DNA of 64,000 bases from Antedon mediterranea (Eukaryota > Animalia > Echinodermata), in the NCBI RefSeq assembly GCF_964355755.1, contig NC_092670.1, forward strand, positions 23,918,795-23,982,794. Direction: 5' to 3'. Numbering within the stretch: position 1 is the first letter of the stretch; each line of letters opens with the position of its first letter. Below, piece after piece: positions 24,601 through 35,780 of the stretch. Made by a program: the position numbers and the translations under genes. The notes under the pieces are model-generated. The model did not search any database and had not been told where the DNA came from. It saw only the letters and a program-made list of their open reading frames with translations.

Positions 24601-27600
24601 GCAAAGGAATTTGCCGAAGCTGTGGGCTTCATTAACACACAGTTTGGGTTTTAGAGGTAAAGGTTGCTCTTTAAACTTGCTAAAAAGATTTAATGATATA
24701 TACCGTAAGACAAAAATTGTCAATTCACATACTCTACAGTAGGCCTAATTACTTACAAATTATCTTGTCCATAAACCTCTGTATTATACTACCCCCAATA
24801 TAACAGGAAGGCAGTGCTTTAAGGTGAATGTTTTTGTTACGTGTATTTAGTTTTTTAAGCTGACTATAATTTATTTATCACTTGACACTGTACAAAATCT
24901 GTTAGGCAAATCTGTTTAAATACTGTACAACAAAACTTGTCAATGTTTAAGTTACAATCATTGCCCATCAGCAATACAAAATTATTTCTTTTAATTCTTT
25001 TGCCATTCGTTAATACATACTTGTTTATCATTAGACAACCTGAGGCATTGAATTTGTCTTTATTTATAATATAAAAGTAAAATTGAATAGTCTCCGGCAG
25101 GTGTTCTTAAAGAAGATTTGTTTTGTAAGGATTGCTTTATATTACTGCACCTTCAAGCTAATGTGTTTATTATTCACGCCTTGATCAAACAAAAACAGTT
25201 TTAAACATAAACCTATCTTCTCTGCTTATATTAACTATTTTATTCTTTCGAAGAATTGATGTCATTTTGTAAGGTCAGAAGGATATCAATTACCTTTTTA
25301 GGAGGGGATAGCAAAAATATATCATTTTCTTTACATAATATCTGATATCAATTTTGTTTTCAAGATTCTGAGTTTAAATAATGAATATGATATGGATGTC
25401 GTGTTTATGAAAGTAATATCTCATCAAGAATTCTATTTTCTTTAATAATATTTTGTAGAATTTTAATAGCAAACTTTCTTTTATGTATATTTTTTCAACA
25501 CATCCATCTGCAACAAAACCCGGACACCAGGGTTAACCAAAAAGGGTTCTCCTCCTTTAAAGTTAACACAATAGATGTAGTATATGCCCGTTTAGATATC
25601 ATTAATAATTCCACTTGCTGGATAAGCATATTCTGCGGCACATCTATACGGTAGTTATGCCACCTTTTATCCTGGGAGTTTAGTTCAACTTACAAAAGTG
25701 AAAAGAAGTTGAAAGCAACAGTTTCTTGTTACAGTACATAACATAGATCTTTACACGTTTCCACTTTCTCGTTTTTAAACATTTGTAACATGTCAACTGC
25801 CAAACAAATCGCATACTGAAGCATTTGTGTGTTTGGAACAGATACGTCATCAGGACAGTCTTTTGTCAAATGGTTGTCATTAGCCCTCATTAACCCTGAT
25901 TTGATACGTCAATTTGCAAAAAAAAAACACCAAAAAAACGCATTTAAAATATTTCTGATACTGCTTGCCCCTTGGATGATGCAGAACCATGTCACGCATG
26001 TAGCACTTAATAACATGTGTGTACAACTTCTGTGTAAACGTGAGCAATCAAAACAAATGTGTTTGATGCAAATGAATCCTCTCGTTCCTAATTGATCCGT
26101 GTGTGAATGCACATTTGCACTTAAACAGGAGCAGCTTTGAACCTCAATTGAAATGTTTCTATTTATGTTTTCTATTAAGTTGCAGTAACATTTTATATAT
26201 CGTTTACCAGACCGCTTATGATTCCTGGAATACATACATAGCTATGTTACACTACAGTATAAACGATTTCAACTTTACTAATATAATACTATATGTAAAT
26301 CTTTATATGCAATTATGTTATTTCATAATATTTAATTTAATGTACCTTGAAGACATAGTCATGTGTATGTTAATGCTTTTATTACATTACTATAATTGTG
26401 TAGTACAGTATGTATTTCAATTTTCATACATTGGGCTAAGTGGAATTGTTACCTTCTTTATAAGTATAAAGATGGGTGATGTAAAGAAAAATATAAAAAG
26501 CTATCTGTGAAAAAAAACGTTTATCAAATGAATGAATAACTATACATTATTGAAAGGTTTTGGGTAATAACCTGTAATTTTCCAGCTGTTTCTCGACTGT
26601 CATTAAAATAAAATTGAAGATTCTTCAACATAAAATTCACATCTAAGGTTTTCAAAATATGAACCCTTTGGCTTTTTGCGTTTATGTAATTTATCTTGTT
26701 CTATTCAAAGATTTGATAGTTTACAACATGTTAATATGTCTCCTATTCTAGCAGACTTCTAAAGCTTATCTCTAGGATATCACACTGCAGACAATTACGA
26801 TTTAATCAACTATTTACGTTTCTTACCTTAGGTCATGTTTGTTCGTACACTAACTTTGAATAATTGTTATCAATTTGTTTTTATTTTTAGGGTTTATAAT
26901 CTTGTTAGTAATACTTAATCACCAAAGAAATACATTTCTGCTGTAGTAGTCACTGTATAGTCCTAATAAAACTGAGAGTCTTGTCACTCCGGCCATTGTC
27001 CTTTCCAAGTAGGCTGCTACATTCAAAACCAAAATGGCGATATTTTACCCGTTTCAAACTAAAGATAGTTTATAATTCTGTTCTTATTTTTGTATAATAT
27101 TGGAAACTTAAGATGAATATTATTACAAGATAAACAACTGATATGTTATTACGTACTGACATACTTGGCCACCTGCTACTGTAGAAGAAAAATGTATTAT
27201 AGTTTATTGTTGTTTAATTGTTAACACAAGGGGCCTACTGGAATTTTCTATTTATTTAATGGATAGCTATATAAAGATGACATTGGAGTTATAGCTGTTT
27301 TCATGAAGTTTTTGTAATTCACATCAAACCAAATTTGAAAAAAATGTATTAATTTATTTTTCTTTAAGAATCATCTAATAAAACGGCAAATCCCAATAGA
27401 GCTACTTAGTAGTTTTATCTGTTATAGCATTAACATGATTTTTAAGACACAACCATTCTGATAAGCTTTGACAAGAAAATAAAATCACTTACATAGATTT
27501 CCACAGGGGTAAAAATAGAATTAGTCCCTATAGTACATGAACGATAGAAGCTGTAATATTTTTTGAAATAACTAGTAGTAAAATTTATAATAAATAAGTA

Positions 27601-28403
27601 GTATCACACAGTAGTGATAATACTTATTTCATCTAAATAGGACTACTGTTCTATTTTATAGCTAGACATTTAAATTGTGGAGTTAGTGTGAGATTTTTAA
27701 TATTGTGTACTACTTTTTTCCACTGGTACGAATCCAGTGAATTTAAGACGCGCGCTCTCCCTTTTGACATCTATTTTGACAAATTATTAATATTTACCGG
27801 TACCGTATGTTAGTTCTCCTATTCCTGCAGGTTCCTACCAAGGGAGTTTCTATAAAATTTTCCCATTCCATGTCCAATGGTATATCAAGCAAAGACCCAA
27901 TGTTGGATCAACTTCTCCGCTTTTACGGGTTCCCTAATATTTAGCGTTTGCCATTAGAGGGTGTATAAATCTCAATAGAAAAGACTGCACTATAAAAATA
28001 TATCGCTACATAATGCATATAAAACCATTGAGGCCCTCCATGATAAAACCAAGTAAAAATGTAAGATACTTCTTTTTATGAAACTTTGCAAGATTTTATT
28101 AGATACGATAAATTGTTCTTCACATAAACTGCACTCACATTAGTCATTTTAAAGCAATATATCAAAATAAATGTGTATGGTTTTTACTTGTAATCATAAA
28201 AATACGGTCAATATAGCTTTTAATCAATCATACCTGATATATTTTTAAATTCCAAAATTACAGATTTTCTGTATATGTACTGTATAGTACAGTATGTACC
28301 GAATTTTTTTCTTAATGATTTTTTTTTGTGGAAAGATCTATAGAAATGACAAAACTAAAAATAACTTACTGAAATAATAAATGGGAATAAAAAATTAATA
28401 ATG

Positions 28404-28439
<36 letters not shown>

Positions 28440-28751
28440 TCAGTATATATTTTGCACTGAATATGTACAATATATTTGCACTGAATATGTACAATATCTA
28501 CATCTATATTTTATATTAATTATCCTCTATCTTTTTTCAGCCACATTTTACCTCTTCGTCGATTCCTTGAGAATTGTATGGGTCAAGATATTCGCTATTT
28601 CTTTGATGATTTTTGTTTTAAGAGCGCGTTAATGTACACCGAAGTGCCACTCATGTGTAAGCAGTACTACATGAAAGGTCAGGGGTTACCAGGAACAAAA
28701 TCATTAATGCTACGCAAGAAACTGTTATGCGGGGATGAAATGAGATGTTAG
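18297..28751 (+). CDS. FOXRED2: FOXRED2-like FAD-dependent oxidoreductase, tandem copy B (10 coding exons: 18297-18622, 19166-19351, 19574-19825, 20163-20450, 20635-20795, 21024-21189, 22583-22707, 22935-23045, 24432-24534, 28541-28751; ~642 aa)
   Basis: Same motifs, exon sizes and phases as copy A (exon 9 is one codon shorter). Exon lengths sum to a 1929-nt frame; all junctions GT-AG. Confidence 0.9.
19166..19351 (+). CDS. FOXRED2: FOXRED2-like copy B exon 2
   Basis: [19 protein letters not shown]; 186 nt. Confidence 0.88.
19574..19825 (+). CDS. FOXRED2: FOXRED2-like copy B exon 3
   Basis: [13 protein letters not shown]; 252 nt. Confidence 0.9.
20163..20450 (+). CDS. FOXRED2: FOXRED2-like copy B exon 4
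   Basis: [17 protein letters not shown]; 288 nt. Confidence 0.9.
20635..20795 (+). CDS. FOXRED2: FOXRED2-like copy B exon 5
   Basis: [11 protein letters not shown]...[13 protein letters not shown]; 161 nt. Confidence 0.88.
21024..21189 (+). CDS. FOXRED2: FOXRED2-like copy B exon 6
   Basis: [13 protein letters not shown]; 166 nt. Confidence 0.9.
21219..22106. mobile_element. Non-autonomous PIF/Harbinger element in intron 6 of copy B
   Basis: taa|aggccttttcacacag ... ctgtgtgaaaggggct|taa: 3-bp TAA TSD, TIR and repeated subterminal ttcacacag/attaccg motifs. Confidence 0.85.
22583..22707 (+). CDS. FOXRED2: FOXRED2-like copy B exon 7
   Basis: [11 protein letters not shown]; 125 nt. Confidence 0.88.
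22935..23045 (+). CDS. FOXRED2: FOXRED2-like copy B exon 8
   Basis: [15 protein letters not shown]...LHPVLYYY; 111 nt. Confidence 0.88.
23565..23636. mobile_element. Internally deleted AAGCTCTGTCTACAC MITE
   Basis: aaagctctgtc ... gacagagcttt. Confidence 0.6.
24432..24534 (+). CDS. FOXRED2: FOXRED2-like copy B exon 9
   Basis: [22 protein letters not shown]; 103 nt. Confidence 0.88.
28407..28436. repeat. (TA)n microsatellite
   Basis: Direct observation. Confidence 0.9.
28541..28751 (+). CDS. FOXRED2: FOXRED2-like copy B last coding exon
   Basis: [12 protein letters not shown]...CGDEMRC-stop (TAG 28749-28751); 211 nt. Confidence 0.88.
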
Positions 28752-28941
28752 CGTTAGCAAACATAAAGGGATTGAATGTTGGTTCAATTAATTTTGAAGT
28801 GTCGATACACTTGCACTAGTGTACAATTATAAATCTAAGGCCAGTTTGTTTTTTATTTTATAGTTTATTATTATTTATTTATATGGATGATGACTTCTGT
28901 CCAAAGTAAATTTAACTTGATATTCACCAATTAAAACAAGT

Positions 28942-29720
28942 AACCAGGTTTATCTGAAACATAGTACAATAAGTAACCAGGTTTACCTGAAACCTAGCAC
29001 ATTACTTAACCAGGTTTATCTGTAACATAGCACATTACTTAACCATGTTTATCTGAAACATAGTGCAATAAGTAACCAGGTTTACCTGAAACATAGCACA
29101 TTACTATAAACCAGGTTTATCTGTAACATAGCACATTACTTAACCAGGTTTATCTGAAACATAGTACAATAAGTAACCAGGTTTACCTGAAACCTAGCAC
29201 ATTACTTAACCAGGTTTATCTGTAACATAGCACATTACTTAACCATGTTTATCTGAAACATAGTACAATAAGTAACCAGGTTTACCTGAAACATAGTACA
29301 TTACTTAACCAGGTTTATCTGTAATATAGCACATTACTTAACCAGGTTTATCTGAAACATTGTACAATAAGTAACCAGGTTTACCTGAAACCTAGCACAT
29401 TACTTAACCAGGTTTATCTGTAACATAGCACATTACTAATAACCAAGTTTACCTGAAACATAGCACATTACTGAACCAGGTTTATCTGTAACATAGCACA
29501 TTACTTAACCAGGTTTATTTGAAACATAGCACATTACTTAACCAGGTTTATCTGTAACATAGCACATTAAGTATTAACCAGGTTTATCATAGCACAAGTA
29601 ACTGGAGTTATCAGAAAACATTGCACAAGTAAACTAGGTTTATCTGAAACATAGCAGAATTGACAAAGTTTATCTAAATAAAATCATAGCACAGTATGTA
29701 GCCAGTTTCATCTGAAACAT
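28942..29720. repeat. 33-bp minisatellite (~19 good units plus degenerate tail) downstream of the copy B stop
   Basis: Unit aaccaggtttatctgtaacatagcacattactt and variants. Confidence 0.95.
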
Positions 29721-30369
29721 ATCAGAGTTATCTTTCTCAAGGTTTATCTAAAATTTAAAACATAAAATAAGTAGCCATGTTTGTGAAACTTGAAAAAAAA
29801 AATTGGCCTATAACTAGCTACTGTAGGTTTATCTGAATTAAAAAAATAGCATAAGTAACTAGGAAATCTGTCAAAAAACAGTATGAATTCCTTTACTATT
29901 GGAAGTTATTCTTTATTGTATTTTTTATACAATATATGTCAATGCTAATGAAATATTTCTGAGAATTCATTCAATCTTATGAATTGAATGGAAGGAAAAG
30001 AGACATTTAGGCGAGATAGTTACTTTTTCATCTTTAATAGTTTAATTGATTGGTTGATATTTTAAATCATGGTTAAAAACATTTTTTTTAAATGCAGAAA
30101 CCATGTAGTGAGATGGATTAATTGATTTGTTTTCCTTGCTGTTTTGGTTGAATGTGTTCATGTTTCAATTTTTACGAAGACATGTGTTAATGTATAGCTT
30201 GCTTAATAGGCCCACAGCAGTTGTTTCTAAAAGCAAAACCATGTGAGATAGCGTTTAATGATTTTTTCTCCTTGCTGTCCTCTGAGATATAAAAGGTCAA
30301 AATAAATATTATAAACTTCATAGAAGTTGCTTTAAAGTGTGTGATTGCTTAGCAGTTCATGACTCCGTA

Positions 30370-30795
30370 TTGACACTGTTTCTACACTGTGAAAATGTCT
30401 TTACTATGCTCAGTACGCGTATCTGTTAAAGAAACACCATCTTTACAAAGTGACACTGTCTGTAAACAGTATGACATTGCCTGTACGCAGTGTGACACTG
30501 ATTTTGCCTGTCTGACTGTCCATACACAGTGTGACACTGGCTCTACACAGAATGCTACACTGTCTCTACGTAGTGACGTGACACTGTCTCTACGCATTGT
30601 GACACAGTCTTAATGCAGAATGGAACAATGTCTACTCGGAGAGTGACACAGTATCTACGCAATGTGACACTGTCTCTATTTAATGTGACACTGCCTCTAA
30701 GCTGTGTGTGACAGTAACTGTATGCATTGTGACACTGTCTCTATGCTGAGTCTGATACTGGCTTTATGCATTGTACCACTGTCTATATACGCAGT
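30370..30795. repeat. Degenerate ~21-22-bp minisatellite
   Basis: Consensus tgtgacactgtctctacgca. Confidence 0.85.
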
Positions 30796-32736
30796 CGTCA
30801 TTTATGATGAAGGTAAAAGCATACATTTATGGTCGAATTTATTGGTTTAAAATACCTCGAATTCGTTTCAGAGTAAGATCCGATCAAATACCATCAACCT
30901 TGTATAAGGTACATATTTTTAGAATCTATAATTGTATGTTTATAAAACCCTCTGGTAAGTTGTACAATATTTTATGATGATATTTATATAGTTATTTGAC
31001 TTATCGCAGTGTTTGTTATGGTGTTGAACTGCTTTCTTTTGAGAACTAAACATAACTTGATGTTAAGTGTAGTATTTTTGAAAGACTACTGTTGTTCTTG
31101 TCTTTGGATCCAGAACACTGTTTGACATTAGGCTCCATTTGTTGCCAAATCAGATAAATGTTGTGTAAAAGATGGATAATGCGCCAGTCCATGTTTTTAA
31201 ATCACTGATAACAGATTTTTCAATTAAATGAAAATTCTTGGAAATTGCAGTCAGTGGTATTAATCAAAGTCAGTCATTGTTTATCATTGATGATAATATC
31301 CTATAGAACAGTGTTCCTGGAAAATTAACAAGAAGAGAATTAAAAAAAAAAAAACAAGAATGTCAAAGAACATTATCGCCCACTACACAAAGTAAATTGA
31401 AAGTATTAAATCCGGTCTTGGTGGTAAATTAAATGCATAATATAGAAACAATGTTTACATACAAACACAATGTTTTTTATTGATTCATGATTAAGGAAAT
31501 GTGATTAGAAATTAATACCTAAAACAATATAATTTATATTTTTAAATAGGATCATTGTTGAATTCTTTAATAATAAGCCTAAATTATTATTTAAAACTTA
31601 ATATTTTATTACAATTACTTCTTGAGCCCCTAATGCACTGTCTCAGAATGCCACAAGGCTTTCAAACCAGCCGCGCGGTGCATTCAAATAATCGTTTTTT
31701 TAGTTCCTATTTACATATTTCCCCTTTCCATAATTATTTTCTACACAGTTTGTTTCACAATTTATTTTTGTTACAAAAATAATAGTGTAGGCCTACAAAC
31801 AACCGACTGAGATTAGTGTGAGCAATTCAACCCACGTATTCTGAGGGTGGACACAGTGTAGGCCTAATATTTTTATTTCTATTATGATAAAGAAGCGACG
31901 TAAAAGCTGATATATCCCTAAACGGATTGTGGTTAAAATATATTAATGCGGTTCAGAATAATACATCTAGTAATTTATCATGGGTATATTTCACTCTGTT
32001 TAAATCGACAAGCGCAGTATCTATATATAAATTTACGTAAGGCCAAAATACGGTAAATCGCGCGTTATTTCTAGAATGTTTACTCGATGGTATATAAAGT
32101 TAGTTAGAATCTCGGTACTGATTTTAACCAGCTGATGTAACCATGTTTACTAATTAAATTGCGTTAGATAATTAGTAATTGACGATTAAAATGAATTTGG
32201 GTTCAACGATTTGCCCCAAATAGGGGTGTTTTCCGATCGTGGTATACACTGTCTTATGGATGTCTTCATGAAAAATACCTGCACACAATAATACGAGGAT
32301 GCTTTGCATTTTCCTATCTCCTCCTACGATAATTGTTTTTAATAGCTGAAAACCGGTTGAACAGTTCGAGTACAGTATCATAATGTTGAAGACAGGCCGA
32401 TTTTCTTTAAAAAATACTATTTTGATAGATTTAATATACGTTTATACAAATGTATTGATTTGCGATGAATGGAACATTCCAATCTCTCAGACTCCCAGTT
32501 TGTAGGTAAATTTATGAGTCCTTGGTTTAACACAAGTAGGTAAATTTATGGGCCCTTGGAGAATAAAACTTATATAGTATTGCAATACTGTACTTTGAGA
32601 ATATTGTAAATACTGTACGTATTAACCATTTTTGGTCGCCATTTTAATCGCAATTGTCTTACTGTGAATGTGGTTTCTGTTAGATATATAAACAAAATAT
32701 ACAAAAAACATGTATTACTGTGACTGTGGGTAGATT

Positions 32737-35700
32737 TTTAGTCCGGAAGTGCTGGGTGACGCCGCACTACATAACATCAGGGAAAATAACATCAAATAGT
32801 CTTTTTCCACACTTTATTTGTTTCCAAATATTTATGTGTAGGTTTTAAGGATGTGTTTGGGAAGGTGTAGAAAGTCTTTAAACACAGGAAGTTTAAATGT
32901 TCGCGGTATTAGAAGCGATTTTCAGAAACGAGAACTAGCCAGCGATGCAGCTAAATACAAGCTTGACATTCTCGGGGTCCAATCGCACCACCTGGCGGGT
33001 AGCGATGTCATTCAAATCAGGCCTGACGATAACAAAGGCAGATATGATTTCTTCTACACTGGACCCGCAAACAACACAAGACATGGCGTTGGAATTCTAG
33101 TTGAGAGCAGTTTTAAAGCAGAATTTAAGGAAATATCGGAGAGAGTAATTACAGCCCGAATCAACATAGAAAGTAGAGGAGGTAAGCCTGGGTCGAGGCG
33201 TAGGCCAAAACCCAGGAATGTACTTTTCGTATACGCATATGCACCTACTTTAGAACATAGTGAACAACAACCTTGGGATAGAGATAGGTTCTATGACGAA
33301 GTACAAGAAGCATTAAATGAAGCAAAAAACAGAGATATCTTAATATTAGCTGGAGATATGAAGGCAAAAACGGGGGATAGCCATCATGATTACCCACAAT
33401 GTGTAGGAAGATATGGTAAAGGAAAAACGAACAATAATGGAACACAGCTAGTTGAATGTGCACTAAGAAATAATCTAGTACTAACAAATACCATGTTTAA
33501 ACATAAGATGTCACATAGGACTACGTGGGAATGCCCGCAGAGACGCGATCAGCATAACGATCAGAAGAGTGGAGAGATCAGACGATTACGATTACATTCT
33601 AGTTAAGAATTCACACATGAAGCTAGTCACTAACGCAAGAGCATACAGTGGTACGAGAACATACACTGATCATAGATTAGTCAAGACAACTTTAACACTA
33701 CAATGGTATAAATTAAATAGTAACGCTAAGAAAACCAAACAAATAGATGTGTCAAAACTTCAAGCACAACAAAACAGACAAACATATCAAAGAGAGGTAT
33801 CGAGATGTATACAATCTGTAAACATCCAGGACCTGGAACCACAAGAGAAATAGACCAAATTAACGACAGTCTTTCAGAATGTAGCATTGGAAGTGGTTGG
33901 TTACAGGAAAGCAAAGTCTAAATCAAACAATAAATATATACAAGAGTTATCGAAGAAGCAGAAACAGTTGAGGTGCGACATAAATTCATCAAATGACAAA
34001 TCAAAGAAAACAAAACTTAGGAAAGAAAGAAATCAAATCATAAAGAATATTCATACTGAACTTAATAAAGAAAAAGAAGACACACTAAAAGAAAAGATAG
34101 CTGAAATTGAAAAATTCAAAGATGACTCAACAAGAATGTACCAAGCAGTAAAAAACCTAAAACTTAACGAAAATAAAAGACTTGTGGTAGAAACAGAGTT
34201 CGGTATAACAACAAACGAAGAAGAGCAGGTAGAAATAATTACCAATTTCTTTGAAAACGTCTATCACAAATCACAAGAAAAACCTATAAACGAAAACATT
34301 AAACCTATTGAAATGAAGTCTCCCTTTACAGGTGATGAAGTTGCCAAAGCAGCGAAATGCTTAAAAAATAATAAAAGCCCAGGAAGTGACCAAGTATACT
34401 CTGAAATGGTAAAATATGCACCTATAGAAGTTTTTAACCACATAGCAGAAATATATAACCAAACAGCTAAAACAGGAAACATACCTAAAGAAATCAACGA
34501 AGGCATATTGCATCCAATACCGAAACCAGGCAAGAAAAAAGGTCCACCAAAAAACATCCGACCCATCATCCTACTGTCGGTTCTTAGGAAAATGCTAGCA
34601 ATATGTTTACTAAATAGGATAAACGACAGATTAGATGAACATGTCCCTGTAACACAGGCCGAGTATCGCAGAGGACGAAGCACTACCGAACATACATGCA
34701 AAATGTTAGCAGAAAAGGCAATTACGTCATCTAACTACGAAATAATATTACTACTACTTGACATGACCAGTGCATTTGACACGGTGCGGAGGAATACTCT
34801 ATTCGACATATATTACAAGATGATGAACTACACATGTTGAAAGTTTTGATAAACAATGTAAAATTAAGCGTTCGAATTGGAAAACAGACAGGAAAATTGT
34901 TTACTACTACACTAGGAGTACCACAAGGTGACTGTATGTCTCCGATACTGTTCACACTATACCTAGCAAAGGCACTCGAATCAGCAAACACAACACCACT
35001 ACCCCTACAACAGATTAATATCCAGATGCAGTATGCAGATGACATTTCATTTATTAGCGACTCAAAAGAACACATAACTAAAATAAAGAAATATGTAACA
35101 GAGAAATTAGCAGAATTCAATCTAAAGATAAACGAAAGTAAAACAGAAGACTACCTAATAGGAAGAAACACCGATAGTAAATGGGAAGAATGCAAATACC
35201 TCGGTAGTAACTTGGACACAGAAAAAGACATCAAAAGAAGAAAATCACTATAGCAGCTATCGCATATAACAAGCTGAAGTCGTCGCTAGAACACAAAACG
35301 ATGTCTATAGACGTGAAATCCCGTTTGTTTGACGCATACATAGCAAGTATTTTCTTATAATAACAGTGAACTCTGGGTACTAAACACAAAATTACAAGAG
35401 AGTATAGATATATATCACAGGAAAATGTTGCGAAATATGATAGATATTAAATTAACAGATAGAGTGTGTAACACGAAAATATACGAGATAACAAAACAAG
35501 AAGAATGGAGTAAAAGAATTAAAGGAATGAGACTAAAATGGTATGGACACATAATTAGATTACCGGATGATACCCCAATCAAACAAACAATGAAGGAAAC
35601 TAACAGGAAAGTAAAACGACCCGTAGGAAGACCAAGAAATAACTGGATGAATCAAATAAAGAAAGACTTACAAGGACTAGTAGACACTAACACAATAACA

Positions 35701-35780
35701 AACCATCCTGCCATAAACAGAAAAAAATGGAAACAAATTGTGGAAAGCGTAATGTCGGAAGACGGAAAACGTTAGCAACA
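32737..35780 (+). mobile_element. Non-LTR retrotransposon, RTE-like clade, near full length, disabled (APE endonuclease + reverse transcriptase)
   Basis: APE motifs (SLNVRGI, GVGIL, YAYAPT, AGDMKAK, DYIL, TDHRLV) and RT motifs (KSPGSD, RPIILLS, LDMTSAFD, GVPQGDCMSPILF, QYADD, KYLGS, RLKWYGHIIR, GRPRNNW) over five ORF pieces; 12-bp TSD tgtgggtagatt at 32725-32736 and 35781-35792. Confidence 0.92.
32851..35775 (+). pseudogene. Fragmented EN-RT polyprotein of the RTE-like LINE
   Basis: ORFs 32851-33606, 33569-33853, 33887-34840, 34834-35253, 35425-35775 are collinear pieces separated by frameshifts and stops. Confidence 0.88.

Noticed and set aside
18297-28751. Copy B as an uncollapsed haplotype of copy A
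   Set aside because: Introns are unalignable, transposon content differs, and exons 4, 8 and 9 are clearly diverged.
28942-29720. CRISPR-like array
   Set aside because: Units are contiguous 33-bp repeats with no unique spacers; eukaryotic context and no cas genes.
30382-30613. ORFs on both strands
   Set aside because: Translations of a 21-22-bp minisatellite.
33245-35120. Several minus-strand ORFs (62-145 aa)
   Set aside because: Antisense shadows of the LINE coding sequence.
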